Made by a program: the position numbers and the translations under genes. A stretch of DNA of 13,438 nucleotides from a virus (Duplodnaviria; Heunggongvirae; Uroviricota; Caudoviricetes): the IMG/VR virus record IMGVR_UViG_3300042321_000183; one strand, written 5' to 3'. The notes below the pieces were generated by a model that saw only the letters and a list, made by a program, of their open reading frames with translations, ran no database searches and was not told the origin of the DNA. Shown piece after piece: positions 12,452 to 13,438 of this stretch; positions within the stretch are counted from its first letter, which is position 1, and every line of letters begins with the position of its first letter.

Positions 12452-13438
12452 ATGAAAAAGCTATTAATAATCACTCCTCACCTATCAACAGGAGGGGCTC
12501 CTCAGGTAACAGTAAACAAAGTGGAACTGTTAAAAGATTACTTTGAAATTAAGGTGGTAGAGTATTCATTTCTAGCATGGTCATTTGTTGTACAGCGAAA
12601 CAAGATCATTCAAATGCTTACAGAAGGAGTTAACTTCCATTCTTTAGGAGAAGATAAGTATGGTGAACTGTCTGGAATTATTGAACAGTTCAATCCAGAT
12701 GTTATAGTGATGGAAGAGTTTCCTGAGATGTTCATGGACGACAAGCTTTCTGCATTCATCTATTCAGATAATAGAACTTGGAAGATATCAGAGACTACGC
12801 ATGACAGCTCATTCAATCCTAAGCACAAGAGATGGATGCCTGACAAGTTTATATTTGTTAGCTCTTACAACTCATTCCAATACATAGACTTAGATGTACC
12901 TACAGAAGTAATTGAATATCCTATTGATAAGAAGGTTAGAAATAAAGTAGAAAGACAAAAAGACTATGGCTTAGATCCTGAATACAAACACTTTGTAACT
13001 GTAGGACTATTTACACCTAGAAAGAATCAAGCTTATGCATTTCAACTAGCAGAAAGACTTAAGAACTATAAGGTGAAGTTTCACTTCCTAGGTAACCAAG
13101 CAGGTAACTTTGAGAATTATTGGAAGCCACTGATGGCTAATAAACCAAACAACTGTGTTGTCTGGGGAGAGCGTGATGATGTAAGTGACTTCTTAAAAGC
13201 ATGTGATGTATTCTTCTTTCCATCAAAGGGAGATAGAGGTAACAAGGAGTTAAATCCTATTGCTATTAAAGAAGCCATGGAATATGATGACTTGATCAAA
13301 GTGATGTATAATCTAGATGTATACTGTAACAAATATAACAATGAAGAGAACATGGTTTATTTAACTGGAGATCTTGGTAGTGATGCTACCAATATTATCA
13401 AAAAATTAAACTTAGATGTAATGGAAGAAGAGTGTATC
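12452..13438 (+). CDS. Glycosyltransferase family 4 (GT-B), 3'-truncated by the window edge (not in ORF track)
   Basis: Open from ATG 12452 to the edge: MKKLLIITPHLSTGGAPQV...VGLFTPRKNQ...GERDDVSDFLKACDVFFFPS...ELNPIAIKEAM. Confidence 0.85.
   Translation, partial: MKKLLIITPHLSTGGAPQVTVNKVELLKDYFEIKVVEYSFLAWSFVVQRNKIIQMLTEGVNFHSLGEDKYGELSGIIEQFNPDVIVMEEFPEMFMDDKLSAFIYSDNRTWKISETTHDSSFNPKHKRWMPDKFIFVSSYNSFQYIDLDVPTEVIEYPIDKKVRNKVERQKDYGLDPEYKHFVTVGLFTPRKNQAYAFQLAERLKNYKVKFHFLGNQAGNFENYWKPLMANKPNNCVVWGERDDVSDFLKACDVFFFPSKGDRGNKELNPIAIKEAMEYDDLIKVMYNLDVYCNKYNNEENMVYLTGDLGSDATNIIKKLNLDVMEEECI

Larger units (their letters stand above)
1..13438. mobile_element. Segment of a tailed bacteriophage genome, probable Bacteroidota host
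   Basis: GH19 endolysin with holin-like and spanin-like genes; fibre protein; phage-typical small basic proteins; dense TAATG coupling; no housekeeping genes; TAnnTTTG promoters. Confidence 0.9.

Noticed and set aside
10849-13353. Minus-strand ORFs 10849-11043, 11749-11973 and 13117-13353
   Set aside because: Antisense to GT9, the oxygenase and GT4
1-13438. Stop-codon reassignment as seen in some Bacteroidota phages
   Set aside because: Genes are intact in code 11, and both TAG (1720-1722) and TGA (9949-9951) appear to act as true stops

Overview
AT-rich window from a tailed phage, most likely infecting a Bacteroidota host. The host call rests on five TAnnTTTG-type promoter elements, leaders without Shine-Dalgarno sites, and a signal peptide cleaved before Gln. 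Most genes lie on the minus strand in tightly coupled operons with many TAATG stop/start overlaps. From right to left these are: (i) a large lysis/envelope module (holin-like protein, GH19 endolysin and several non-canonical spanin-like proteins); (ii) a proline-free Gly-Thr-Ser fibre gene, three tiny proteins with poly-Thr/Ser tails, and between them a glycosyltransferase whose motifs resemble plant/algal protein O-glycosyltransferases (HPAT/SGT1, GT95/GT96); (iii) a Dps/ferritin-like gene; (iv) seven consecutive very basic Lys-rich genes, most carrying a recurring [AML]-[KQE]-x-G(G) motif that looks like a maturation cleavage site. GT2, GT9, GT4 and 2OG-Fe(II) oxygenase genes flank the region on the plus strand. 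The two best candidates for undescribed systems are a phage-encoded protein O-glycosylation ('mucin-like virion coat') module and a set of processed histone-like core polyproteins. Three real-looking small genes are missing from the ORF track (6048-6185, 7275-7403, 8377-8523), as is the edge-truncated GT4. Family names come from my memory of motifs, not from searches.
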